A DNA stretch of 64,000 nt, taken from IMG/VR virus record IMGVR_UViG_3300020392_000008, positions 41,023 to 105,022 of that record. One strand, written 5' to 3'. This DNA is from a virus. Every line of letters starts with the position of its first letter. The first letter of the stretch is position 1. Under the pieces are notes generated by a model, which did no database searches, was not told the origin of the DNA, and saw nothing but the letters and a program-made list of their open reading frames with translations. Both the position numbers and the translations under genes were made by a program. Positions 31,569-40,997 of this stretch are shown here, in pieces.

Positions 31569-33566
31569 ATGAGAGAAAGTAGATTCGTAAACTTAACTAG
31601 ATATTGTATAGTAGAATATATGCTAGAAGACTTAGGGTCCTTAGACTATATTAATGATTCTTTTAAATTACTTCAAAATGATCATATAGATTCTCATCAA
31701 ATATTTAATAATGATGGATCTTTTATAAAAACTAGAAATATACAAGATATAACAGTAACCTCAATTGAAGGAAACAAATATGCTTATTTAGATAGTGAGA
31801 AAATACCCAACTATATAGATTATGATAATAAAATAACTGAAACGACTATATCTGGACATAACGTTACACTTGATAAAGTTAGATTTCATTTTATTGCGGG
31901 TTTTGAATTTGAAGAATTTAGAGCTTTAGTGTTAAGTGTAAAAAATATAGAAAATAATCAAAAAACAAACATATTTGCTAATATTCTTTTTAATCAGGAC
32001 ACTCAATCAACCATTTTAGCTTTTAATCCTAAACCTTTATATATTGCTAACGCAATGTACGATAGATATGTAGACGTATATGTTCCTTCAATAAAAAATA
32101 TAAATGAAGAGTTAAATACTTCACCAACTCCAGCAAATACGTTTGCTGCTGATATTACACCCGATAATGGTTCATATACAGGATTTATAACAAACAAACC
32201 TATTATTGTTTCGTTAGATGAATGTGAAAAACAAGAAAAAATAGATACAAACATTGGAGTAGAATACGATGCCTTTTTAATATCAGAACATTATGAAGCA
32301 GTTGTTTCTCAAAGTAATGAGTTTGATTCAGTTGGCGCATATATAGATGAATCAAGTCAAGGGGATTTTTTAGAATTTTTTTTAACTTTCAATGGCGGTT
32401 TCCCAGAAGAATTAATTTCTATACTTAATAAAAGAAACCCTATGAATAACTACGTAATAGCCCATGAATTAACCGTATTTGAACAAATAGGTACCGCTTT
32501 TGTGGAAAGTTCTAGGCTTGTGTTTTTTCAAGATAAAGATTTTGATGAACCTAATCTTTTTAGACCCGTTCTTAAAAATGCTAACGTTGCTGTAACAATG
32601 TCGGTTGATTATATAGTGCGTTTAGTAAACAGGTTTAATGGAGATCAAGTTATAAGAGAAGGATCTTTAATAGTAAATTCACCAAAAAAATATGGTAAAA
32701 AGTTATTAAAATTAAGTCTAAAAGATAAGCCTCAGTCTCAAAATATTATAAATAAAATTTACAAAAATGATTTTGAAGCAACTGAACTCTTTATAGACCC
32801 GGCTCAAAAGGTTACTAAATCTATTGGAAGTATAGTTACTTCAACTTCAAACAGTGCTCCCTCAGTTCAATATGTTCCAATATTTTTCACTAAATCGAAT
32901 ATTTCTGTTTCAAATAAAAGTGCTACTGTCAAAAGCAGTGATAATAAAGACGAAGTAGTGTTTAAAAATGGTAATCTTAGATTTGTAATATCCCCATTTG
33001 ATAACTACTTAAAATTTAAATTTTACACAGAAATAAAGAATAAAACAGCTCCATTAGATTTAAATATAGGAGACGCAACATATAGGGCAGTTTTTGAAAC
33101 AGAAAATGGTAAAATAAAAATAGATAATTTAAATGATCAATCTAAAGAAAATCCATCTGTTGGAGAGATATCTTTTAATATACCCACCAAAGATAGTGAG
33201 CAAATACTGCAATCAGGTAATAGATCTTTTTATATAACATCTGTTGCACAAGACGGAACTGAAACTTTAATGTATAATGGTGAATGGAGAAAAACATCTG
33301 AACAAAACGAAGTAGATGATGCAATAGCTAAAGCAAGGGAAGAATCTGAAGCAATTAACAAAACAACAACTAAAGTAAATGAAATCTTAGAAAAATATAA
33401 AAAAGTTGAAGAAGACGCTATAAGAAAAAAACCCGCTATTTTACCTAATAAATCAAAAATACCCGGATATGTAGATAAAAAATCTAGAAAATCTATTTCA
33501 ACAGTTAATAGATTTGGTATGAAAAGGCCTACTAAGATAATAACAAATAGGGGTAATGCTAAATAA
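31569..33566 (+). CDS. Putative virion structural protein
   Basis: 665-aa beta-rich ORF in the morphogenesis region. Confidence 0.65.
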   Translation: MRESRFVNLTRYCIVEYMLEDLGSLDYINDSFKLLQNDHIDSHQIFNNDGSFIKTRNIQDITVTSIEGNKYAYLDSEKIPNYIDYDNKITETTISGHNVTLDKVRFHFIAGFEFEEFRALVLSVKNIENNQKTNIFANILFNQDTQSTILAFNPKPLYIANAMYDRYVDVYVPSIKNINEELNTSPTPANTFAADITPDNGSYTGFITNKPIIVSLDECEKQEKIDTNIGVEYDAFLISEHYEAVVSQSNEFDSVGAYIDESSQGDFLEFFLTFNGGFPEELISILNKRNPMNNYVIAHELTVFEQIGTAFVESSRLVFFQDKDFDEPNLFRPVLKNANVAVTMSVDYIVRLVNRFNGDQVIREGSLIVNSPKKYGKKLLKLSLKDKPQSQNIINKIYKNDFEATELFIDPAQKVTKSIGSIVTSTSNSAPSVQYVPIFFTKSNISVSNKSATVKSSDNKDEVVFKNGNLRFVISPFDNYLKFKFYTEIKNKTAPLDLNIGDATYRAVFETENGKIKIDNLNDQSKENPSVGEISFNIPTKDSEQILQSGNRSFYITSVAQDGTETLMYNGEWRKTSEQNEVDDAIAKAREESEAINKTTTKVNEILEKYKKVEEDAIRKKPAILPNKSKIPGYVDKKSRKSISTVNRFGMKRPTKIITNRGNAK

Positions 33567-33632
33567 TACTATAGATTTATAGAATTTAAATAAATAATTT
33601 AAGATAAATAAAAAAAAATAATTATCTAATAG

Positions 33633-35210
33633 ATGAAGACTTTTATAAACAAAACGATTGATACGCTATCAGACAGCAATGTTTCTAGTAATTCTTTAGT
33701 AAAGATTTTAATAGAATCTACTAAAAATTCTTTAGAAACAAATAGCGGTATATCTTCGACATATAATTCCCTAAAAAATGGATTGGTAGAATTAAACAAC
33801 CATTTAAAAAATGACACTATCACAAATATATTGGAACAGTTTGATAAATTTGAATATTCAGACAACAATAGAATAAATGAAATGAATAAAGAAGCAGGTT
33901 TAGCTTTAGAAATAGAAAAAATAAAAACCAGTGATTCCTATTCTAACCCAATATGTCTTCAAAATGTAATTATTTTAGAAGAATCTATTAAGGAAAATCC
34001 TGAATTTTTATTCTATGGAAAGTTTGTAGATTTATTTAAACAGTTTTCTTATGATGACGTTGTAAAAGAATCAATTACTAGAATATCTGATTATATAAAC
34101 AAAAATGTTGAAAAGCTAATGGTATTAGATTCTATCAACAATATGAAAAAATCAAAGGGATACGAAAAAGATATAGAGGGATTAAGTAAAATGTTAATAT
34201 CTGAATCTTATTCTAGTGAAGCTATTAAACATAGACTTAACAGTGAACTTCCAATACTTAAAGATCTTTATTCTAGATTAGCTATGATAGAGTCTAAAAA
34301 TTCTTCATCTTTTACTTTAGGTAGTGGAAATTCAGAATGTATTATAGAAAACACAATTGCACCTACTTTAAAAACAGGTAAAAACACTATTTTAAGTTTT
34401 ATTGATAATAAATTTATTGCAATATCTACTAAAAACCTAACTAAAGGATCTATGCTATCTGAGTCTAAGTCATCTAAGGTTTATGAAATGGATGCAACAT
34501 ATATAAAAGAAAAATATAATTCTTTTTATACTTTATGTGAATCTTTTTTTAATTTAGGATTTAAAAAGTCTCAACATGGAATAAAATCAACATCAATAAA
34601 AAACTTTACTTTAGAATTTGCAGCAGATGAACTTGGTAAATTAGATGTATTTGTAAATGAAAGTATTGTAAAAAATCCTAAAGAATTTAACTTCAGTGAA
34701 ATACTTACACTTGAGAGCAACTCTATTAAAACTCAAGTTAGTAAAATACTAAAAGAATCATCTAATATATTCAACTTAGAATTTATAAAAACTTTAACTA
34801 ACAACTCTACAGGTAAAAGGGTTATAGTAATGGAATTAGAAGGAGATTATCACGTTTGCGAAATGTTAAATCAAGTAGAAAGAGTTTGGAAAAACGATAT
34901 TAACGAATACAAATTACATAATTATATTTTAGAAAACTTTAAATACGATATTTCTTCTATATTTCAAGTAAAAATAGACGAACAAAAATTAGCTATTAAA
35001 AACATTGAATCTAGAAAATCAGAAATTGAAAATAATATTTCTAAATTAGAAAATGAAGTTAATAAAATTAAAACTAATATTGAATCAGGACAAATAGATT
35101 CTAAATATTTTGGACAACTTGAAGACATCAAAGAGCAATTAGAAATTAAAATAAACTCTTTAAAAGAAGAAATTGTAGAAAACGATCTTAAAAAAAAAGA
35201 ATTAGTCTAA
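33633..35210 (+). CDS. Putative head-core/scaffold-like protein with C-terminal coiled coil
   Basis: GATAAATA upstream; many (L/I)xES sites; ends at an A9 run. Confidence 0.7.
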   Translation: MKTFINKTIDTLSDSNVSSNSLVKILIESTKNSLETNSGISSTYNSLKNGLVELNNHLKNDTITNILEQFDKFEYSDNNRINEMNKEAGLALEIEKIKTSDSYSNPICLQNVIILEESIKENPEFLFYGKFVDLFKQFSYDDVVKESITRISDYINKNVEKLMVLDSINNMKKSKGYEKDIEGLSKMLISESYSSEAIKHRLNSELPILKDLYSRLAMIESKNSSSFTLGSGNSECIIENTIAPTLKTGKNTILSFIDNKFIAISTKNLTKGSMLSESKSSKVYEMDATYIKEKYNSFYTLCESFFNLGFKKSQHGIKSTSIKNFTLEFAADELGKLDVFVNESIVKNPKEFNFSEILTLESNSIKTQVSKILKESSNIFNLEFIKTLTNNSTGKRVIVMELEGDYHVCEMLNQVERVWKNDINEYKLHNYILENFKYDISSIFQVKIDEQKLAIKNIESRKSEIENNISKLENEVNKIKTNIESGQIDSKYFGQLEDIKEQLEIKINSLKEEIVENDLKKKELV

Positions 35211-35464
35211 TAAGCGAAAGCTTTGATGGAAATTATAAAAATACCCGTTCTTATAAAATAGGGCAAAGAGTTTCTGTCAAAGATAAAGTAGGAACTATAA
35301 TAGGAGTAAATACCGCTATAAATGAGTATCAGATAATGATTAATGGAGTGTCAAAATCTTATAAATCTCAGGATATTTCTGAAATAGAAAAACTAAAATC
35401 TAAAAAAGTTAACCTTAAACTTAAAAAGAAAATTAAGGAAAAATCTTATCTAGATAAAAAATAA
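35192..35464 (+). CDS. 90-codon -1 frame extension of the 33633 gene, no start codon near its 5' end (candidate programmed frameshift product)
   Basis: The frame opens right after TAA at 35189-35191, within A9, and reads KKRISLISESFDGNYKNTRSYKIGQRVSVKDKVGTIIGVNTAINEYQIMINGVSKSY...LDKK*. Confidence 0.65.
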   Translation, partial: KKRISLISESFDGNYKNTRSYKIGQRVSVKDKVGTIIGVNTAINEYQIMINGVSKSYKSQDISEIEKLKSKKVNLKLKKKIKEKSYLDKK

Positions 35465-35470
35465 AAAAAA

Positions 35471-35662
35471 ATGATTTATATTTCAATTTATATATTATTA
35501 GGTATTATAGTTACTTTTTTAACAGAGCTTTACGTTGAGCGCGTTAAGTATCTAGTCCCAGAAGAAGACAGGTTTGAATTTGATGGAATAACTAGAGCGA
35601 TTAACATATTTCTGTGGCCTATATTTTTACATAGAATAATTAAGTCTTACTTCTTTAATTAA
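35471..35662 (+). CDS. Small membrane protein
   Basis: Two hydrophobic segments; IFLWPIF. Confidence 0.7.
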   Translation: MIYISIYILLGIIVTFLTELYVERVKYLVPEEDRFEFDGITRAINIFLWPIFLHRIIKSYFFN

Positions 35663-35734
35663 ACTTATCATATATTTTTTAGTATAATATTATTATAATA
35701 ATCTTTAAACTATTGTTATGTTACATAGTATAAT
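35661..35734 (+). promoter_or_regulatory. Two tandem AAAC-N17-GTATAAT promoters upstream of the AGT operon
   Basis: Copies at 35661-35688 and 35707-35734. Confidence 0.65.
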
Positions 35735-35844
35735 AAAATGGATCGACCTAAATTTAGGTTGGATATTTATAAATGGCAGAAAAAGGGATCGATGGAATAG
35801 GACGTTACAAAATAAATATCCAGAAGAATTTAAACTTGATAATT

Positions 35845-35997
35845 ATGAATAAAAATAAAGAAGCTGTATTATTATCTAAATTAATATTAGGTATAGCTTT
35901 TATTGTAACTGCGATAATTTTTCCTCCAATTATTTTAATTACCATAATTTTATGGGCCGGATGGATTGTTTTTAATAATTATATGGATACTAGATGA
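35845..35997 (+). CDS. Small membrane protein
   Basis: Hydrophobic hairpin; start placed at the internal Met MNKNK (the ORF track starts at 35773). Confidence 0.55.
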   Translation: MNKNKEAVLLSKLILGIAFIVTAIIFPPIILITIILWAGWIVFNNYMDTR

Positions 35998-36281
35998 AAA
36001 AGAAAATAAAAAAATCTATATGTGAAGAAGCTCATGATATAGTCAATAATAGAGACGAAGAAAAAGAAAGAATGTATGGACCTTTTAGCGAAGGAATGGA
36101 TAGAGCAGCAAGTATTTTTAATGGAATGTCAGGTTTAAACATAACGGGTAAAGAAATGTTTATGGCAATGATAGCATTAAAGTTTTCAAGAGAATCTTAT
36201 AATCATAAAAAAGATAATTTACTAGACGCAGTTGCATATATACAAGGTTTAGAAAACTACATGAATGAAAACAAAAAATAA
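35994..36281 (+). CDS. DUF6378-like (MazG/dNTP diphosphohydrolase-type fold) nucleotide-modification-associated protein
   Basis: EEAHDIVN...YGPF...MIALKFSRE...DNLLDAVAY pattern. Confidence 0.7.
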   Translation: MKKKIKKSICEEAHDIVNNRDEEKERMYGPFSEGMDRAASIFNGMSGLNITGKEMFMAMIALKFSRESYNHKKDNLLDAVAYIQGLENYMNENKK

Positions 36282-36465
36282 ACATAAATATAAAATAGCA
36301 ATTTCATATATAAATTCATCTGAAGACGAAATACAAATGGAATTAATAGACCTTATAACTAACAATATAGAATTTTCCATGGAACAATACGCGAGAAATA
36401 GAAATCCTTTTAAATGGAAAATAATAAGAAAAATAGACATTGATAAAAACAAAAAAAATGATTAA
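36265..36465 (+). CDS. Hypothetical protein
   Basis: 66-aa ORF; IEFSMEQYARNR. Confidence 0.65.
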   Translation: MKTKNKHKYKIAISYINSSEDEIQMELIDLITNNIEFSMEQYARNRNPFKWKIIRKIDIDKNKKND

Positions 36466-36934
36466 ATTAGAAGAATTCTTTAATGATGAAAGTAAGTTAA
36501 ATCTTTTAAATTCTAACGAATTAAAAAAAATTAAAAACCCAGATAATATACAATATCTTATAGCAAACTATTTAATGGAAGATGGCGATGTTTTAAATGT
36601 TAAAAATCGTAGAGAAAATGAATTTTTTATACAACAGGAATTTATAGTAACTCAACCCGATGGTAAATGGTTTAAATACCCTTTCTTATTAAGAAAGAAT
36701 AAAGGTACGCCTGTCAAACAGGAATTAATGTATTTAAATCATTTAAGAAAAATATCTTTTGTAAAACATGTAATGTCTGGAAAAACACCTGATTCTTTTT
36801 CAATGTATGATGTTTTTACCAATAAACCATTTAATATAAATGAAGTAAATAAAGAATTTAGTAAAGAAGAAATAGTAGATATTGCTAAAGAAGCAGATTT
36901 TGAAAACTTAAAATATACGTTAAATAATAATTAA
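36440..36934 (+). CDS. Hypothetical protein
   Basis: ORF within an operon; start may be 36458. Confidence 0.65.
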   Translation: MIKTKKMIKLEEFFNDESKLNLLNSNELKKIKNPDNIQYLIANYLMEDGDVLNVKNRRENEFFIQQEFIVTQPDGKWFKYPFLLRKNKGTPVKQELMYLNHLRKISFVKHVMSGKTPDSFSMYDVFTNKPFNINEVNKEFSKEEIVDIAKEADFENLKYTLNNN

Positions 36935-36936
36935 AT

Positions 36937-38364
36937 ATGAAAAAAATAGCTATAATACTTGGAAGAGGAGTAGAAGGTTGTGGAGTAACTCGATGCGCAG
37001 TCGAATTTCAAAAAGCAACCCCTAATACAAAAATATTTGCAACAATAGATAAAAAATGGGCCCGTAGAGACACCATGGTTTTTGACAAAGATGAGTTTAC
37101 TTGCGCAAATTCAGAGGAAATGAATAAAGTGCTAACAGAAGTTAATAAAAATTTCGATATGGCTCTTATATATTCTGTTCCTTCTAAAAAACATCCTGAA
37201 GATTGTCAAACTAATTTTGTTAAACTTGTTAAAGGAATAAATTTACCCAAAGCGATTATTCAACTAGACCATAAAATGCAGTCTTTAAGTAGAAATGGAA
37301 AGTTTGATGAAATATGCAGTAATGTAGATGTTTTAATGACTCATTCTTTAGAATCTGATTTTACAAGATGGGCAAAAAGAGAAAACGTAAATACTCCTTT
37401 CAAAAAAATGGCATTGGGTTTTACATATGATGATCATAGAGAAAAATACTGGCTGCCAATAAGTGAGCAAGATCATAAAACAGTTAGATGGATTGGTAGG
37501 CTATCTGGCTGGAAAGGACCTAATTTAATGATGGACTTTCATGCTCAACATTTAATGAAAGAAGGCTACATAACAATACTTGAAGGACTAGAGGCAAGTA
37601 TAGGTTGGGCAGGCATATTGTATGAAAAAGGAGATAATAAAAATGGAAAACCTTTTTATAAAGATAATGAAATAGTAAATTATTTTAGACCTAGAAAAGA
37701 ATTAAACGAGGTAAAATTTACAGAAGATTTGCATGGAAAAGAAATTCATGGAGCTGGAGCGTACTTATATCCTCCTTATACAAATGTAGACTGCATGGAA
37801 CGTATGGCAAAAAGTGCTTTTGGGTCTGATTTATACCATTTGAAAGCTCATATGTATGGTAACAATATTGAAAATTGCCATGCTGAAGTAATTGCATCTG
37901 GAACTATCCCTATTTTTCATAAACATTTTTGCGATAATGTAATACATAGAGTTACTGGAAACCCTGTAAGTGAAGATAGTCATAGTGGAACAATAGGACT
38001 TGATAAAACTAATTTTAATAAATGTTCAAATCTTATGGTTAAATTATCTAATGATCCTGTGATGAGAGATGAAATGAGAGAAATGTCATTTGAATATTGG
38101 AAAAAGCATTCAAACGCAGAAATATGTACACATGAAATCATTAAAAATCTAGAAGATATAGTATCAGAAAAAGGTTTTATAGGTGCACAGGAATCCTCTA
38201 ATGTACCTAATGATAATAACCAATTAAGTATATTTGATTCAATAGAAAGTACACCAAAAGTATCTAATGCTATTATAGAAGAAAATTTACAAAAAAATTC
38301 TAATGATGTTACTAATGAAACTGTAGATTATGATTCATTATTAAATGACTTAAAAAACTTATAA
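36937..38364 (+). CDS. agt: DNA alpha-glucosyltransferase (T4 AGT-like)
   Basis: N-terminal IILGRGVEGCGVT matches T4 AGT (MARGLEGCGVT); IIQLDH, RWIGR..WKG, EVIASGTIPIF. Confidence 0.85.
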   Translation: MKKIAIILGRGVEGCGVTRCAVEFQKATPNTKIFATIDKKWARRDTMVFDKDEFTCANSEEMNKVLTEVNKNFDMALIYSVPSKKHPEDCQTNFVKLVKGINLPKAIIQLDHKMQSLSRNGKFDEICSNVDVLMTHSLESDFTRWAKRENVNTPFKKMALGFTYDDHREKYWLPISEQDHKTVRWIGRLSGWKGPNLMMDFHAQHLMKEGYITILEGLEASIGWAGILYEKGDNKNGKPFYKDNEIVNYFRPRKELNEVKFTEDLHGKEIHGAGAYLYPPYTNVDCMERMAKSAFGSDLYHLKAHMYGNNIENCHAEVIASGTIPIFHKHFCDNVIHRVTGNPVSEDSHSGTIGLDKTNFNKCSNLMVKLSNDPVMRDEMREMSFEYWKKHSNAEICTHEIIKNLEDIVSEKGFIGAQESSNVPNDNNQLSIFDSIESTPKVSNAIIEENLQKNSNDVTNETVDYDSLLNDLKNL

Positions 38365-38367
38365 AAC

Positions 38368-38712
38368 ATGCCAAATATATCAGGTAAATTAAAAGTTAAA
38401 TACGATGAAGTACAATTAACTGAAAAATTCAAAAAAAGAGAATTCGTAATTCAATTACCAACAACCGGTTATAATGGATCAAATGAATACGTGAAATTTT
38501 CTTTAATAATGGATAATTGTTCAATGATAGATTCTTTTTCAGAAGGAGAGTCCATTATAGTATCCTATGAAGTAAAAGCTAGAGAATGGGTAAATCCAGA
38601 AAATGAAACAGTTTATATTAATGATGTAAAGGCATTATCAATTAAATACAATACTGAAGAAGCTCCTGTTGAAATAGACATGTCAGGGAGCGGAGACGAC
38701 TTGCCTTTTTAA
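38368..38712 (+). CDS. DUF3127-family OB-fold/SSB-like protein
   Basis: FKKREFVI, VKFSL, V.YEVKAREW and an acidic DDLPF tail. Confidence 0.8.
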   Translation: MPNISGKLKVKYDEVQLTEKFKKREFVIQLPTTGYNGSNEYVKFSLIMDNCSMIDSFSEGESIIVSYEVKAREWVNPENETVYINDVKALSIKYNTEEAPVEIDMSGSGDDLPF

Positions 38713-38742
38713 TTATAAAACCATAAGCATTATTTATAGATA

Positions 38743-38750
38743 TATAAATA
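38743..38750 (+). promoter_or_regulatory. T4-type late promoter TATAAATA (one representative of about 13 (G/T)ATAAATA sites)
   Basis: Also on + at 6158, 18654, 28667, 33603, 50444, 55796 and on - at 9640-9647, 15383-15390, 18360-18367, 55754-55761, 60207-60214; each lies shortly before a gene start. Confidence 0.7.
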
Positions 38751-38769
38751 AAAGAATTATCTATACATA

Positions 38770-40464
38770 ATGGATTTATCAATACAATATACTCAAGAAT
38801 TACAGTCTAAAGAAGGTCAAGAAATTCTAAATGCATTAAAAAGTAAAATGCATATTTTAGAAGAAGCTTTAGATTTAAACAATTTAATACCTGAAATTAG
38901 ATCTTTATCAGAGAAAGATTTCTTTAAAAGTCCTATATTAAGAAGTGAATTGCGTTTAATAAATGAAGCAGAAGCAGCAGAATTAGAAGCAGCGGCTGTT
39001 AGTGGAGATGAAGCAGCAATAGACAATGTACTTGCTAATTCTGGAGGACTGCCTTCCCCTAGCGGAGGAATACTTAGTATGTTAAAAAGCTTATTAAGTA
39101 CTCTAACCGAGGGAGGAAGCCCCATAGGAATATTACATTTAGTATTAGATTTTATAGGTCTAGTTGGAGATGCATTTTTAGTAGTAGGAATACCGTTAGG
39201 TATGGTAGCAGATTGTATTAATGGTATAATTTATATGTTTAGAGGAAAATGGATACTTGGATTAATATCTTTAATAGCAATGATACCTTTTGGAGGAGAC
39301 GTTGCTAAAGGATTTAAAGGTGTAGCTCATACCTTTTCAAAACCTTTTTCTAAACTGGCAACTAAAGGCGCTGGAAAAGGGATAGCTAAAGAATCAGCTG
39401 AGGTGTTAATGAAACAAGAAGGTAAAGCTTTTGGTAAAAGTAAAAGATTTTTAGAATATATTAAAAAATCAGCCGCTAAAGTGGCATCTAGTATTTCAAG
39501 CGCAGTTTCTTTCTTATTAAAAGACGTTATTGGAAAAGCAGTTGGTTGGGTTCCTTTTATTGGAAAACCATTAAGAAGATTCTTTACTAAAATCGCAAAC
39601 TTTGCAAAAAATATTGCAGATAATTTATTAGTATTTTCAAAAACAGTAGACGCCCCTATTGCTAAAGCAATTAGCAAAAAAGCTGCTAAGAATTTTAAAT
39701 ACATGGATGAAGCTCTCGCAGCAGGAGGAAAAGTAGTAAAAGAAGGTGAAAAATTAGTTATTAAAAAAGGAGGAAAAGTGGTTAAAAAAATACCAATAGA
39801 AGACCTTGCTAAGTATTCAAATATATCTAAGAAATTCCCAGATGGTCCAATGTCTAAAATTTTAAAAAATTCAGATGATGTAGCTGACTTTTATACTTTT
39901 GTATCTCAACGGGGCGGAGCCGCAAGAGCATTTTTAACAAGGAATAAAAATGTCTTAATATTAAGAGGATTAGGTCTAGGTAAATTTGGATCTTTTATAG
40001 CTAAGCAAATTGTTAAATTACTGGGTTCATCTGCAAATGCCCTCTCTGATTTTGAAAGAGAAGGAATGAGTGATATAATAACTACACAGGAATTAAATGA
40101 CAGAATGGAGGAACACGCTCAAAATGAAAAAGAAAGAAAAGGTTCTGTAATAGACGTTCCTTATATAGATCAACAACTTAAAGATAGACCTGAAACAGAA
40201 TTAGATGAAGGTGATTTAGTTTACGATTTACAGCGGCATTTAGATTATAACGCTAAAAGAATGGGTCTTCCTAGTTTTCCATCTTATATATATGCTAGAG
40301 CAAAAGAGGAAAATGAACAAGAAATGATAGATGTTTACACAGAACATGCAATATCTGATGAAGAATATAATAAAATAATGGGTATACAAAACAGTGGAGC
40401 AAAAGCTCTTGAAAGTAAACAATATTCTAAAAACTTAAAGTATATCAAGCCTTTTACTTTATGA
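38770..40464 (+). CDS. Membrane-hairpin protein with pre-toxin (PT-TG-like) segment; C-terminal tag
   Basis: HLVLDFIGLVGD..G..ADCING..Y..RG...LISLIAMIPFGGD..K; TATAAATA upstream; ends LES...LKYIKPF. Confidence 0.6.
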   Translation: MDLSIQYTQELQSKEGQEILNALKSKMHILEEALDLNNLIPEIRSLSEKDFFKSPILRSELRLINEAEAAELEAAAVSGDEAAIDNVLANSGGLPSPSGGILSMLKSLLSTLTEGGSPIGILHLVLDFIGLVGDAFLVVGIPLGMVADCINGIIYMFRGKWILGLISLIAMIPFGGDVAKGFKGVAHTFSKPFSKLATKGAGKGIAKESAEVLMKQEGKAFGKSKRFLEYIKKSAAKVASSISSAVSFLLKDVIGKAVGWVPFIGKPLRRFFTKIANFAKNIADNLLVFSKTVDAPIAKAISKKAAKNFKYMDEALAAGGKVVKEGEKLVIKKGGKVVKKIPIEDLAKYSNISKKFPDGPMSKILKNSDDVADFYTFVSQRGGAARAFLTRNKNVLILRGLGLGKFGSFIAKQIVKLLGSSANALSDFEREGMSDIITTQELNDRMEEHAQNEKERKGSVIDVPYIDQQLKDRPETELDEGDLVYDLQRHLDYNAKRMGLPSFPSYIYARAKEENEQEMIDVYTEHAISDEEYNKIMGIQNSGAKALESKQYSKNLKYIKPFTL

Positions 40465-40997
40465 AATCTGTAAACTATATAAAACCCATAAAAATATGGG
40501 AATCTGAAGAAGTAGGGATGAACTTTAAGGATTTATTACTCAGGGCCCCGGGCGAATTAGTTCAAATAGCAATGTCTTTGAAAAAAGTTGCTCAAAACCC
40601 AAAATGGCACCCTGAAGGAAATACATTAAAGCACATAATAACTGTTTTTAAAAGAGCAGTTGAGCATTATCCAGGCAATATAGATATTGCTATGGCCGCT
40701 TTTTTTCATGATTTAGGAAAACTAGATACATATGAAATAAGCCCTAAAACAGGTCAACCTACTGCACATGGTCATGAAATAGTTAGCGCTGAACTTGTTA
40801 AAAAATACTCTAATTGGATAAGTGAAATAGGAGCAGACCCTGAGGTAGTTCATTATATTGTTATAAATCACATGAAAATGAAACCATCTATTTGGAATGT
40901 AATGAGAGATAAAAAGAAAGACAAGATTAAATCATCTGATTCCTTTAAAGATCTTGAAAAATTTTCAAAAATAGATAGAGGAGGCTTAGATATTTAA
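40461..40997 (+). CDS. Stand-alone HD phosphohydrolase related to the HD domain of multifunctional CCA enzymes
   Basis: QNPKWHPEG..LKH, AAFFHDLGK, HGHE, HM, DRGG. Confidence 0.8.
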   Translation: MKSVNYIKPIKIWESEEVGMNFKDLLLRAPGELVQIAMSLKKVAQNPKWHPEGNTLKHIITVFKRAVEHYPGNIDIAMAAFFHDLGKLDTYEISPKTGQPTAHGHEIVSAELVKKYSNWISEIGADPEVVHYIVINHMKMKPSIWNVMRDKKKDKIKSSDSFKDLEKFSKIDRGGLDI

